Origin: a virus
Taxonomy: Duplodnaviria > Caudoviricetes
Length of the DNA stretch: 24,143 bases
IMG/VR virus record: IMGVR_UViG_3300026196_000077
Span: 1 to 24,143 of that record
Strand: one strand, 5' to 3'
Shown one piece after another: positions 16,080 through 24,143 of the stretch. The first letter of the stretch is position 1. Every line of letters begins with the position of its first letter. A program made the translations under genes and the position numbers. The notes under the pieces were generated by a model, which made no database searches, had not been told where the DNA came from, and was given only the letters and a program-made list of their open reading frames with translations.

Positions 16080-16466
16080 ATGCCCGATCCGGCGATGATG
16101 ATTGGAAGCGGCGGTCCTGCGGGGCAGGCGGTCCCTCCTCCCCCTTCTGGCCCGCAGGCCGCCCCAATGGCGCAGCCAACGCCGAACGAGGGCAATCAGC
16201 AAATGGGCATGGTTCAAGTTGAATCTGCGATGCAGATCCTTGAACAAGCGCTGCCGCAACTTGGCACCACAACGCCAGAAGGCAAATCAGTCCTAGCAGC
16301 GCTTTCAAATCTTGCGCGTCATTTCAACCGGCAGAGTTCAGCAGAACTCGTCCCTGCCCAGATTATCCAGATGGCGCAAGCCGCCAAACCTTCAGCATTG
16401 CAGCAAATGCTCGCCCAGGGTCAGCAGCAATCCCCGCAAGCGGGCGCACAACCCCCGGCCCAATAG
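16080..16466 (+). CDS. Gln/Pro/Ala-rich hypothetical head-module protein
   Basis: 128 aa with low-complexity ends and a helical core; first gene after the promoter. Confidence 0.75.
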   Translation: MPDPAMMIGSGGPAGQAVPPPPSGPQAAPMAQPTPNEGNQQMGMVQVESAMQILEQALPQLGTTTPEGKSVLAALSNLARHFNRQSSAELVPAQIIQMAQAAKPSALQQMLAQGQQQSPQAGAQPPAQ

Positions 16467-16476
16467 GAGCAATCTC

Positions 16477-16665
16477 ATGGCATCCAGCTTGTTCAAGCCC
16501 AACGTCTCGTCTTCCGGCCTCGGCAAGAAAGCCGAAGAGCGCGGCCAGTTCGTTAACCCGCCTGCCTATCCAGAAACCAGCGGTTTTACCGGATCGTCCA
16601 AGACCGCTGCGAAGAACATCGGCGTCGTTCAGAGATCGCCAACCGCCAAGGGTGGCAAGGTCTGA
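16477..16665 (+). CDS. Small head-module protein A, 62 aa
   Basis: AGGAG RBS before ATG 16477; MASSLFKP...GQFVN...KGGKV. Confidence 0.7.
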   Translation: MASSLFKPNVSSSGLGKKAEERGQFVNPPAYPETSGFTGSSKTAAKNIGVVQRSPTAKGGKV

Positions 16666-16850
16666 TGGCAAGTTCCACGCTTTTCGATCCGAAAACGAGT
16701 AAACCAAGTCCCCTTGGGAAGGAATCTCCTTGGGGGGAGATGCCCTACTACGAAAAGGATGAAGGGCAGTTCTGCAACACGCAGGCAACGCCCATGTGGA
16801 AGAACTCAGATCAAGAGTATTCCACTCAGAAGCCCAAAGGAGGCAAGTGA
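16665..16850 (+). CDS. Small head-module protein B, 61 aa, paralog of A
   Basis: TGATG overlaps on both sides; MASSTLFDP...GQFCN...KGGK. Confidence 0.7.
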   Translation: MASSTLFDPKTSKPSPLGKESPWGEMPYYEKDEGQFCNTQATPMWKNSDQEYSTQKPKGGK

Positions 16851-17383
16851 TGGCAATCGATCTTTCCAACATGAACGAGGAAACGAGAAACGAATTTGCC
16901 GCTCTGTCGGCAACGCTCGCCTCTAATCCCAAAACCCGTAAGTCCTTTCTCAAGCTGCACAAGGAGGCTTTCCCGGACGCGCCGATCCCGGAAATCGATA
17001 CCGAGAGCGCAATCGAGGCGCGTCTTGCGGAGGACAAGAAACAGCGCGACGAATGGCAAAAGAAAATCGACGACGAGCGCTTCCAGGAGCGCATGGCGAA
17101 GCAAAAGGCCGAATACACCGATGGCCTGAGCGAAGAACAGGTCAAGCAGATGGAATCCATGATGGAAAAGGGCGAGTTACCCGCCGATTACAAGTGGGGC
17201 GCTCAGCTTTTCCGGCAGCAGATCGAGCCTGTCGGAGGTTCGACATATGATCCGGGTCGTCAGTTCGGGCCTTTCGACATGCCATCGGGTGAGGGACTGA
17301 TGGAGAACGAGCAGAAATGGAGCAATTCCACCGCGCATCAGATGATCGATGAGATGCGAAAGAACAGCTCCAGAAGCTTCTAA
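16850..17383 (+). CDS. Probable capsid scaffolding protein
   Basis: Charged coiled-coil protein directly before the capsid gene. AGGAGG lies upstream of GTG 16847/ATG 16850. Confidence 0.65.
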   Translation: MAIDLSNMNEETRNEFAALSATLASNPKTRKSFLKLHKEAFPDAPIPEIDTESAIEARLAEDKKQRDEWQKKIDDERFQERMAKQKAEYTDGLSEEQVKQMESMMEKGELPADYKWGAQLFRQQIEPVGGSTYDPGRQFGPFDMPSGEGLMENEQKWSNSTAHQMIDEMRKNSSRSF

Positions 17384-17408
17384 CCACCCACCCGCAAAAG
17401 GATAAGTC

Positions 17409-18458
17409 ATGACCTCTCCCACCCTCAATCCCGTTCTGGGTTCGGGCATCGTCCCGAGCGGAAATATCGGGGATGAACTCTCCTATCTCACGCGCAGGGC
17501 ATTCATCCCGAGGATGATCGTTCAGATTTACAAGTCATCGCCGCTCATCTCCGCGCTGCTCGCCAACGCCCAGATGGCCGGGGGTGGCGTTTCCAGTGTG
17601 ACCGTCCCGGTACAGGGACAGAGCTACGTAACTTCGAGTTGGTCTGACTTCTCCGGGTCGTTTTCCCAACCAACGGTTACGCAAGGCGCATACAACGCGC
17701 AATTCGACCTAAAGCTGCTGGTCACGCCGATCCCGTTCCTGGGCATGGAAGGCTTCATTCAGGTGGATCACTCGGTAGTTCCGATAATCGATGCGCGCAT
17801 GAACGACGCAACCTACCAAGCCATCGATACGCTCGCTACGGCCTTGTACAACAACACGGGCCTGACTTCCTATGCGGCGAACGCGAGCCAGCAACTGCTC
17901 GGTCTGCCGGCAGCGGTGGACGATTCGACCAACGTCACTAGCTATGGCGGTCTGTCACGTTCCACCTACACATGGTGGAAGGCTCAGTATACGGGCTCCA
18001 TTGGCGGTGGCATGTTCACTCGGGACTTCCTGCTGACCTACATCAATCAGCTTGTGAAGGCCACGGGCGAGGCGCCGACCTTCGCGGTGTGCGGGTTCGG
18101 CACCTGGACATCGTTTGCGACGGATTTCACCGATCAGGAGCGCTACAACTACACGGTAGGAAACTCTCCGGGCAAGAACGCTCAGGCCTCGGCGCATTTC
18201 AGGGCGCTGGAAGTGGCAGGCGTTCCGTTGTACGCAGATCCGTACTGTCCGGAAGGAACGGTGTACTTCCTCAACACCCGCTACCTCGCGCTGTATCTGC
18301 ACAAGATGGGTGCATTCGCCTTCACCGGCTTCGAGAGCACGCTGCCGAACTTTCAGCTCGGCTCGATTGCGGCGATGGTCTGCGTCCTGGAGATGGTGTG
18401 TACCAAACCGAAATGCCAGTCGCAGCTTACGGGCATGACCGGCTACGTCAACATCTAG
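17409..18458 (+). CDS. Major capsid protein
   Basis: 349 aa, follows the scaffold. Ends GVPLYADPYCPEGTVYFLNTRYLALY, typical of HK97-fold capsid C-termini. Confidence 0.85.
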   Translation: MTSPTLNPVLGSGIVPSGNIGDELSYLTRRAFIPRMIVQIYKSSPLISALLANAQMAGGGVSSVTVPVQGQSYVTSSWSDFSGSFSQPTVTQGAYNAQFDLKLLVTPIPFLGMEGFIQVDHSVVPIIDARMNDATYQAIDTLATALYNNTGLTSYAANASQQLLGLPAAVDDSTNVTSYGGLSRSTYTWWKAQYTGSIGGGMFTRDFLLTYINQLVKATGEAPTFAVCGFGTWTSFATDFTDQERYNYTVGNSPGKNAQASAHFRALEVAGVPLYADPYCPEGTVYFLNTRYLALYLHKMGAFAFTGFESTLPNFQLGSIAAMVCVLEMVCTKPKCQSQLTGMTGYVNI

Positions 18459-18467
18459 GAGAAAACC

Positions 18468-18776
18468 ATGTCCGTCAATAAAACCCTCGTTCCCGGTTTC
18501 GGAATCGGAAGCGCCTTTGGCACTCCGAGTACGGTTGCGCTGGATTCAACCTCGACTGTCACCCTTACGGGGACGGCATATGTGACCGGCAATCATTTCA
18601 TTTCCGGGCTTGCGGCAGGCGCTTCGCTCAAGGCTGTTTCCACCTCCAACGGGGTGACGGGAACTTATGCCATCACTGGCGGCGGTGCTGGGGGCGGGTT
18701 CTTCGTGAACGACAACCAATCGTTCGTGCTCGTCAACACCACGACCTCAGTAAGCGTCACACTGATCCCGTTCTGA
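18468..18776 (+). CDS. Small beta-rich virion protein (possible decoration/cement)
   Basis: AGGAG RBS; Gly/Thr/Ser-rich; immediately after the capsid gene. Confidence 0.6.
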   Translation: MSVNKTLVPGFGIGSAFGTPSTVALDSTSTVTLTGTAYVTGNHFISGLAAGASLKAVSTSNGVTGTYAITGGGAGGGFFVNDNQSFVLVNTTTSVSVTLIPF

Positions 18777-19051
18777 TGCTCGTCAAGGTAACAAACCGGA
18801 ACAACCTGTGGAAGGTGGTCGATAAGTTCGGGGGCAATACCTACACTTTCCCTCCGGGCGAGACGGTGACGGTTCCACAGGAGGCTGCGGAACATATCTT
18901 CGGCTATGGCCTGCCGCCCAAGGAACGGTTCAAGAAAAAGATGCGCATGGGCATTGCGAATCACAAAGACGGAGACAGGATGTGGTCGAATATCGTGATA
19001 AAGCCTGTTGGCAATGTGGAGCCTACCGGAGCGGTGCGCGAGGCTGCGTAG
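18776..19051 (+). CDS. Hypothetical protein, 91 aa
   Basis: TGATG overlap; position in the head-completion region. Confidence 0.7.
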   Translation: MLVKVTNRNNLWKVVDKFGGNTYTFPPGETVTVPQEAAEHIFGYGLPPKERFKKKMRMGIANHKDGDRMWSNIVIKPVGNVEPTGAVREAA

Positions 19052-19065
19052 CGCGGGGGTGAACC

Positions 19066-19923
19066 TTGGCGCTCACGGCCTACACCAATCAGGTAAGGCG
19101 GCTGCTCCATGATGCGAACGCGAACTACTGGTCCGATTCGGAGCTTCTGGACGACATCAACCAGGCGCGTAACAGGATCGCTCTGGATTCCGGTAGCGTC
19201 AGAACGCTTGCCAACTTTTACCTGTCTCTCGGGCAAGAGTCCTACCCGTTTAGCGGCGCGGTTGCAGCTCTCACGGTAGCCTCTGCGGGGGGGGGCTATA
19301 CCTCGGCCCCCACGCTTTCCTTCTCTGGCGGTGGAGGGTCAAGCGTTACCGCGACGGCCTCCATTTCCTCCGGAACCGTGTCGGGCGCCACCATCACGGC
19401 CAACGGAACAGGCTTCACCGCAGCTCCTACGGTGACTGTCACGGGAGGCGGGGCGACTGCCACGGCCACCATCACGGCTTCGATTCTGACCGCGACCGAC
19501 ATCTTAGGAATAACGGTCAACTGGGGTAATAGCTGGATCACGCTCGGCTATACCTATTTCACGGAATTTCAGGCCAAGGCCCGCTACTACAGAAATATCA
19601 CCGGCCAACCTGCACTGTGGTCAAAAGGTCCTCCCTCGACGACGGATGGATCGGATTACTTCTACATCTTCCAGATTCCATCGGCTTCTTATCAGTGCGA
19701 CATCGATTGCACGGGACAACCGACTGCGTTGGTGGACGATTCTACGGTTGAGCAACTTAGATATCCCTACACGGACTGCGTTCAGTATTACGCGGCGTAT
19801 CTGGCGAAGTACAAGCAGCAGGAGTTCGACGAATCAAGTCGGTTCCTTGCGATCTACGATGAACTGATGCGCAGGGGTACGAGCAACAAATACCAGCGCA
19901 GAATCCCTAACGCATACGGATGA
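19066..19923 (+). CDS. Head-tail adaptor-like protein with inserted Gly/Ser/Thr-rich repeat domain
   Basis: N-terminal VRRLLHD...WSDSELLDDINQA and C-terminal VQYYAAYLAKYK, typical of podovirus adaptors. TTG start after GGGGGTG. Confidence 0.7.
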   Translation: MALTAYTNQVRRLLHDANANYWSDSELLDDINQARNRIALDSGSVRTLANFYLSLGQESYPFSGAVAALTVASAGGGYTSAPTLSFSGGGGSSVTATASISSGTVSGATITANGTGFTAAPTVTVTGGGATATATITASILTATDILGITVNWGNSWITLGYTYFTEFQAKARYYRNITGQPALWSKGPPSTTDGSDYFYIFQIPSASYQCDIDCTGQPTALVDDSTVEQLRYPYTDCVQYYAAYLAKYKQQEFDESSRFLAIYDELMRRGTSNKYQRRIPNAYG

Positions 19924-19924
19924 T

Positions 19925-21643
19925 ATGGCAACGCGCAGACGGCCACCCGGCGAGGAAAAGCACGAATACTTCGCTCTGAAGAAATTTGGCTCGGTCAACA
20001 CCCAGCCATCCAGAACTGCGCTCAAGGAAGATGAGTTCTCGTGGCTTGAGAACTTCATGCCCATAGGCGATTCATACGCCCCGTCTGTTCCCGCACCAGA
20101 TACCGCCACTGCTACGCTTTCTGGAAGCATCTCATCGATGCACCAGATCACCATCGGTTCCACCGACTACATGTTCTGTTTCACGGCGGCCGGAGGAGCG
20201 GAAGCTGTAAACCTTTCAGGCGGCACTGTCACGACTGTCGCTGCTGGTACTACTTTCGTTAGTCCTTCTATCGATCAATGGAAGTCAGAGCGCGCAGTAA
20301 TCGTCGATCCTACCAATGGGTTCTTTTCTTGGGACGGCACGACGTTCTTATCGCCCGGGAATCTGGCGACCATCTCTGTGTCTATAGGCGGAAGCGGATA
20401 CACCAGTACACCCACAGTTACTCTTACAGGTGGAACGACAGGAACGACCGCTAGCGCCACAGCAACTCTGGTAGATAGTGCTGTCAGCTCGATCACGCTC
20501 GTTACCTATGGTGACAGCTACACAGCATCGCCCACGGTTGGTTTCAGTGGCGGGGGCGGAAGCGGAACGACTGCAAGCGCCTGGATCATGCCAAATGGGC
20601 AAGTCGGGAGCGCAATTGCTGTCTACTCCGGACGTGTATGGATAGCCAATGGGCGCGTGTTGAGCTATACGGCTCCTAACAACTGGGTCGATACGGACAC
20701 AGCCGATGCGGCCGGTAGTCAGACGATCACGGAAGGGTTCCTGCGCCAGAAAGTTTATGGTCTCAAGGCGCTGGACAACTACCTGTATATCTTCGCGGAC
20801 TCCTCGATCTTCATTATTGGGGATCTGAAAGTCACCGGATCGATTACCACCTACAGCTTCACTAATTTGTCGTCTACAACTGGAACTACGCTACCGAACA
20901 GCATCACCTCTATGGAAAGGGCGATCCTGTTTATGAACAAGTACGGGGTGTATGCCGTGTTCGGGGCGAGCGTTCAGAAGATTTCGCAGGCTTTGGATGG
21001 AGTTTTCCCGGACATAGATTTCACACAGCCTGTAAGCGCTGGTCTTTGCACGATCTACAACATTCTTTGCTACGTTGTTACGTTCACTTATGACGGTGCT
21101 TCTGCAACCAGAACTATTCAAGCTGTGTATTTCGGGGGAAAGTGGTTCTTCACCTCGCAAGGAACTGCCCTGACTTTCACTGCCCCAGCGCAGATCAGTG
21201 GGCAACTTTTCATGTACGCAACTTCAGGCACCGACGTTCGCAAGCTTTATCAGGACACGACTTCCACAATCGCCACGACGATGACCACGGCGTTGATGCC
21301 GCTTGAAAGCGCCATTTTCGACAAGCAGTTCAACCGTATCGGAGTCGAGTTCACGGCCCCTTCCCTCACGACTCTGACGGTACAAATACAGACCGAGGGC
21401 GCTAACAACTACGTCAATGCTTCGAGTCTTAACTACGTGCGCTGGATCAACACGGCGCAGGCAACGGTGACGTGGCTTAATAGTTCTACGCAAACTGTGC
21501 AATGGATTACTACTGGGTTCACCCGTTCGATCAACTACGCGGATGTGGTTGGGAAATATCTCGGATTCTCAATTACCTGCAACAACCCACAAGTCATTAT
21601 CAATGGCATCTTGGCTGAGTATGAGCCCAGAGCCTCTTGGTGA
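19925..21643 (+). CDS. Tail nozzle/stabilisation protein (P22 gp10-like position) with the same repeat insert
   Basis: 572 aa, beta-rich; WLENFMPIG and IAVYSGRVWIA; follows the adaptor. Confidence 0.65.
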   Translation: MATRRRPPGEEKHEYFALKKFGSVNTQPSRTALKEDEFSWLENFMPIGDSYAPSVPAPDTATATLSGSISSMHQITIGSTDYMFCFTAAGGAEAVNLSGGTVTTVAAGTTFVSPSIDQWKSERAVIVDPTNGFFSWDGTTFLSPGNLATISVSIGGSGYTSTPTVTLTGGTTGTTASATATLVDSAVSSITLVTYGDSYTASPTVGFSGGGGSGTTASAWIMPNGQVGSAIAVYSGRVWIANGRVLSYTAPNNWVDTDTADAAGSQTITEGFLRQKVYGLKALDNYLYIFADSSIFIIGDLKVTGSITTYSFTNLSSTTGTTLPNSITSMERAILFMNKYGVYAVFGASVQKISQALDGVFPDIDFTQPVSAGLCTIYNILCYVVTFTYDGASATRTIQAVYFGGKWFFTSQGTALTFTAPAQISGQLFMYATSGTDVRKLYQDTTSTIATTMTTALMPLESAIFDKQFNRIGVEFTAPSLTTLTVQIQTEGANNYVNASSLNYVRWINTAQATVTWLNSSTQTVQWITTGFTRSINYADVVGKYLGFSITCNNPQVIINGILAEYEPRASW

Positions 21644-21646
21644 GCC

Positions 21647-22399
21647 ATGAGTGGAACGGCATCAGTTACTAACACATTCGGGGGGCAGACCGGGCCGCTA
21701 CTGCTGTCGCTGCTCGATGCTAACTATGCTGATCTTGTTACGTACCTGAACAATCCAACTAACCGCTACAACTATGGCTCATCCGGCGGAGATACCGCTA
21801 GCGTTACGATCACTTGTACTCCAGCCATCGCTGGATACACGGCTGGCCTCGAACTGAGTTGGACATGGCCGGCTACTGTTGCAGGGGCTATCACCATTGA
21901 TGCCGGCCCGGGCGCCAAAAACGTGGTCAATTCCGATGGCAGCGCCATGCTGGCAGGACAAGGGCTTACGGGTTCAGTTGGTAAGGGTATCTATGATGGA
22001 ACCCGTTTCATCTTCATCACTCCGCCTGCGCCAGCCACACAAGCGGCAATGAAGACCGCAACCACTGTAGGTACGTTCGTTTCTCCTGCTCAAATGCAGA
22101 ACCACCCAGGAGTTGCTAAAGCATGGGCAACATGGGTTGGAACTTCTACTGGCACCATCACGGCCAATGGTTCTTATAATGTCTCCACGATTGCGAGAGA
22201 AGGAACCGGCACATATTCAATTAGCTTCACCACGCCAATGACAACCACCGCCTATCCGGTAGTTGGTAGTTGCACGTCAGGAGGGTACACGGGACTGCCC
22301 ATTGCAAGAGCAACATCTACCTTCAGCCTTGTCACGACTAATGGCACGGCGCCGATTGATGCAGACGTGGTTGACTTCGTAGCTTACGGGACTCAATGA
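21647..22399 (+). CDS. Tail fibre/needle-like virion protein
   Basis: Thr/Gly-rich; LDANY N-terminal segment; C-terminal AKAWATW...SYNVSTIAREGTGTYSISFTTPM domain of a type seen at phage fibre ends. Confidence 0.6.
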   Translation: MSGTASVTNTFGGQTGPLLLSLLDANYADLVTYLNNPTNRYNYGSSGGDTASVTITCTPAIAGYTAGLELSWTWPATVAGAITIDAGPGAKNVVNSDGSAMLAGQGLTGSVGKGIYDGTRFIFITPPAPATQAAMKTATTVGTFVSPAQMQNHPGVAKAWATWVGTSTGTITANGSYNVSTIAREGTGTYSISFTTPMTTTAYPVVGSCTSGGYTGLPIARATSTFSLVTTNGTAPIDADVVDFVAYGTQ

Positions 22400-22743
22400 T
22401 GGCCTTCTCCGCTGTCTCTAATTTCGTAGTGGGCGATGAAGCCGGTAAGCAGCGCTGGTTGCTTGAGCACTACGCCGAGCACCAGATTTTCAACGGAGCG
22501 ATCCAGACCACGACCATCTCGATTTCGGCCGGGATCAGCGAGTACCCGATCCAGCGCATGGAGGACCAGGAGGTATGGTTGCTTACCCACCAGAGGATGC
22601 ACCAAGCCTTGTGGAGCGCCTTGGGGGCGGGTATCGGGGCTGATCTTGCAACACTAGACTGGAAGAAGGAAAGCCAAGTCTATGACTGGCTTAACTTGCA
22701 CGCTCAGATACATGCTGACATTCGCGGTGCATTAGGTCTATGA
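22396..22743 (+). CDS. Hypothetical protein with three WLxxHxxxH repeats
   Basis: ATGA overlap; WLLEHYAEH, WLLTHQRMH and WLNLHAQIH. Confidence 0.75.
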   Translation: MMAFSAVSNFVVGDEAGKQRWLLEHYAEHQIFNGAIQTTTISISAGISEYPIQRMEDQEVWLLTHQRMHQALWSALGAGIGADLATLDWKKESQVYDWLNLHAQIHADIRGALGL

Positions 22744-22747
22744 TTAT

Positions 22748-22763
22748 GTTAGTAAGCGCTCAC
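22748..22763 (-). promoter_or_regulatory. Operator-like box, inverted copy
   Basis: GTTAGTAAGCGCTCAC (reverse complement GTGAGCGCTTACTAAC) in the short intergenic gap, just upstream of the AGGAG RBS. Confidence 0.6.
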
Positions 22764-22780
22764 ATATAGGAGCAACGAAC

Positions 22781-23452
22781 ATGGCACTGACATGGGATGT
22801 AGGTGGTGGTGGTGCGAGGTGGACTCCTGATGCCAATCAGAGCGTTCAGTCTGGCGGGTTTACTGATCCCTCTCAGGCTTACAAAGCATTGTCTCAATCG
22901 ATATTTGAGGGGGCACAGGGTACCCCTCACTCGGAGGACGTTAGCACTCACCCTCAGTTCGCAACCTTATCGCCTGAGATGCAAAAGCAGGTAAAGGATA
23001 TCCAGACTGCCGACTTTGCAACGCGCAACGACAATGGATTGGGTGCCTTCCTGACTGCACTCGCGCTTCCTTCCGCAGTCGCTATCGGGTTGCCGGCTCT
23101 TGCTAGTGGCGGTACTGATTGGGGAATCGGCAGCGGATTGGCTGCGAACTATGCTGGAGCGGGTGCCGGGGCAGGAGGTGCAATTTCTGGTGTGGAAGGA
23201 GCTATTCCTGGGTCAATCGGATACAACGTTCCTCTCTCAGCAGGCGATATTGCAGCCTATCAAGGCGCAGCCCTTAATCCTGCTGCTACTATCACAGCAA
23301 AAGACCTCGGGCTGGCAGGTGCTATCACCGGCGCAGGGGCTGCAGGCTCAGCTGGGGGAGCTCCGGCCGTTACCAATGCAGGCGTTCCGTCCATAGCCTC
23401 CACAACGCCCACAGGAGCCGCAGGAACGACGGGAGCGGGTGCCCTTCGTTGA
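22781..23452 (+). CDS. Gly/Ala-rich DNA-ejection/pilot-like protein, N-terminal part
   Basis: AGGAG RBS, hydrophobic stretch GLGAFLTALALPSAVAIGLPALA and position after the tail genes. Confidence 0.6.
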   Translation: MALTWDVGGGGARWTPDANQSVQSGGFTDPSQAYKALSQSIFEGAQGTPHSEDVSTHPQFATLSPEMQKQVKDIQTADFATRNDNGLGAFLTALALPSAVAIGLPALASGGTDWGIGSGLAANYAGAGAGAGGAISGVEGAIPGSIGYNVPLSAGDIAAYQGAALNPAATITAKDLGLAGAITGAGAAGSAGGAPAVTNAGVPSIASTTPTGAAGTTGAGALR

Positions 23453-23981
23453 TAGCATCATCAGCCAGTTCAAGAACAACGCCCTGTCCCTCGGACTTGG
23501 TGCAGCAGGACTTGCCATGTCTGCCGGTAAATCTAACGAGCAGATGCCTGGGCAGGCAACTCTCACAGGCCTTGGAGAGAATGCGGCCAGCCTCTCGAAT
23601 GAATACATCAATGCAGCGCGTTCTGGAAAGCTGACCGGCCCACAACAAGCGAGCCTCGATCAATACGTCCAGCAGGCCAAGAATCAGGTCAGGCAATACT
23701 TTGCCAGCATAGGCCAGCAGGACTCCACTGCAGAGCGTCAGGCCGAGGCACAAATCGACCAGACGGCTGTGGGGATGAAGGACCAGCTTATTCAAAGCAC
23801 CCTTCAAAGCGGTCTTACTGCTCTTGGAGCAGCCCAGGGACCGCTTGCGACCGTTGCTCAGTACCAACTCGGGCAGGATCAGGCACTCCAACAGGCGCTT
23901 GGGCGCTTCGCTTTGGGCGCAGGGGTACTCGCTGGTACCAGTGCCGGCAAGCCAACAGCGGCCACGACCTCGGCAAAGTAA
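23439..23981 (+). CDS. Gln/Ala-rich ejection-like protein, possibly the frameshifted continuation of the previous ORF
   Basis: In the +1 frame, overlaps the previous ORF by 14 nt. GTG start has poor RBS spacing; alternative ATG 23518. Confidence 0.55.
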   Translation: MPFVDSIISQFKNNALSLGLGAAGLAMSAGKSNEQMPGQATLTGLGENAASLSNEYINAARSGKLTGPQQASLDQYVQQAKNQVRQYFASIGQQDSTAERQAEAQIDQTAVGMKDQLIQSTLQSGLTALGAAQGPLATVAQYQLGQDQALQQALGRFALGAGVLAGTSAGKPTAATTSAK

Positions 23982-24143
23982 ATGGAACAAGTCGCCACCG
24001 CCCCAACCACGGCGCCTGTAAACATTACGGCGCCGCCCCCTGATACTGGAGCTCAACTCTCACAGCAATATCAGGATGTGACGCAGCGCACAAAAGAACA
24101 GCTTGCGCCACTCAATGAGCAGGGCCAGAAGATAGGCGAGAGC
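23982..24143 (+). CDS. Partial CDS running off the window, probably an internal virion protein
   Basis: ATG directly after TAA; open for 54 codons (MEQVATAPTTAPVNITAPPP...). Confidence 0.65.
   Translation, partial: MEQVATAPTTAPVNITAPPPDTGAQLSQQYQDVTQRTKEQLAPLNEQGQKIGES

Overview
This window is a tailed dsDNA phage (or prophage) segment, probably podovirus-like, with essentially all genes on the + strand. A noncoding control region (1-786) with several repeated motifs comes first, followed by three small ORFs. Next is an unbroken, translationally coupled sugar-biosynthesis cluster of about 10 kb (1379-11248): HldA-like heptose kinase, HldC-like nucleotidyltransferase, GmhA, DJ-1/PfpI protein, cupin-ThDP enzyme fusion, PhyH-type Fe/2OG dioxygenase, radical SAM enzyme, GT2, TPR-GT9-like glycosyltransferase and TylF-type O-methyltransferase. 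The cluster overlaps the terminase large subunit gene directly. The virion module follows: zinc-ribbon protein, portal, small head proteins, scaffold, major capsid, adaptor, tail nozzle, fibre and ejection-type proteins. The main candidate for a new system is a phage-encoded NDP-heptose pathway with tailoring enzymes and transferases, co-expressed with packaging genes and possibly glycosylating the virion. Other signals are a repeated promoter-operator element, a 12-aa basic peptide, tandem micro-paralogs, a shared Ser/Thr-rich insert in two neck/tail proteins and an apparent +1 frameshift. All calls come from reading motifs by eye; no database searches were run.
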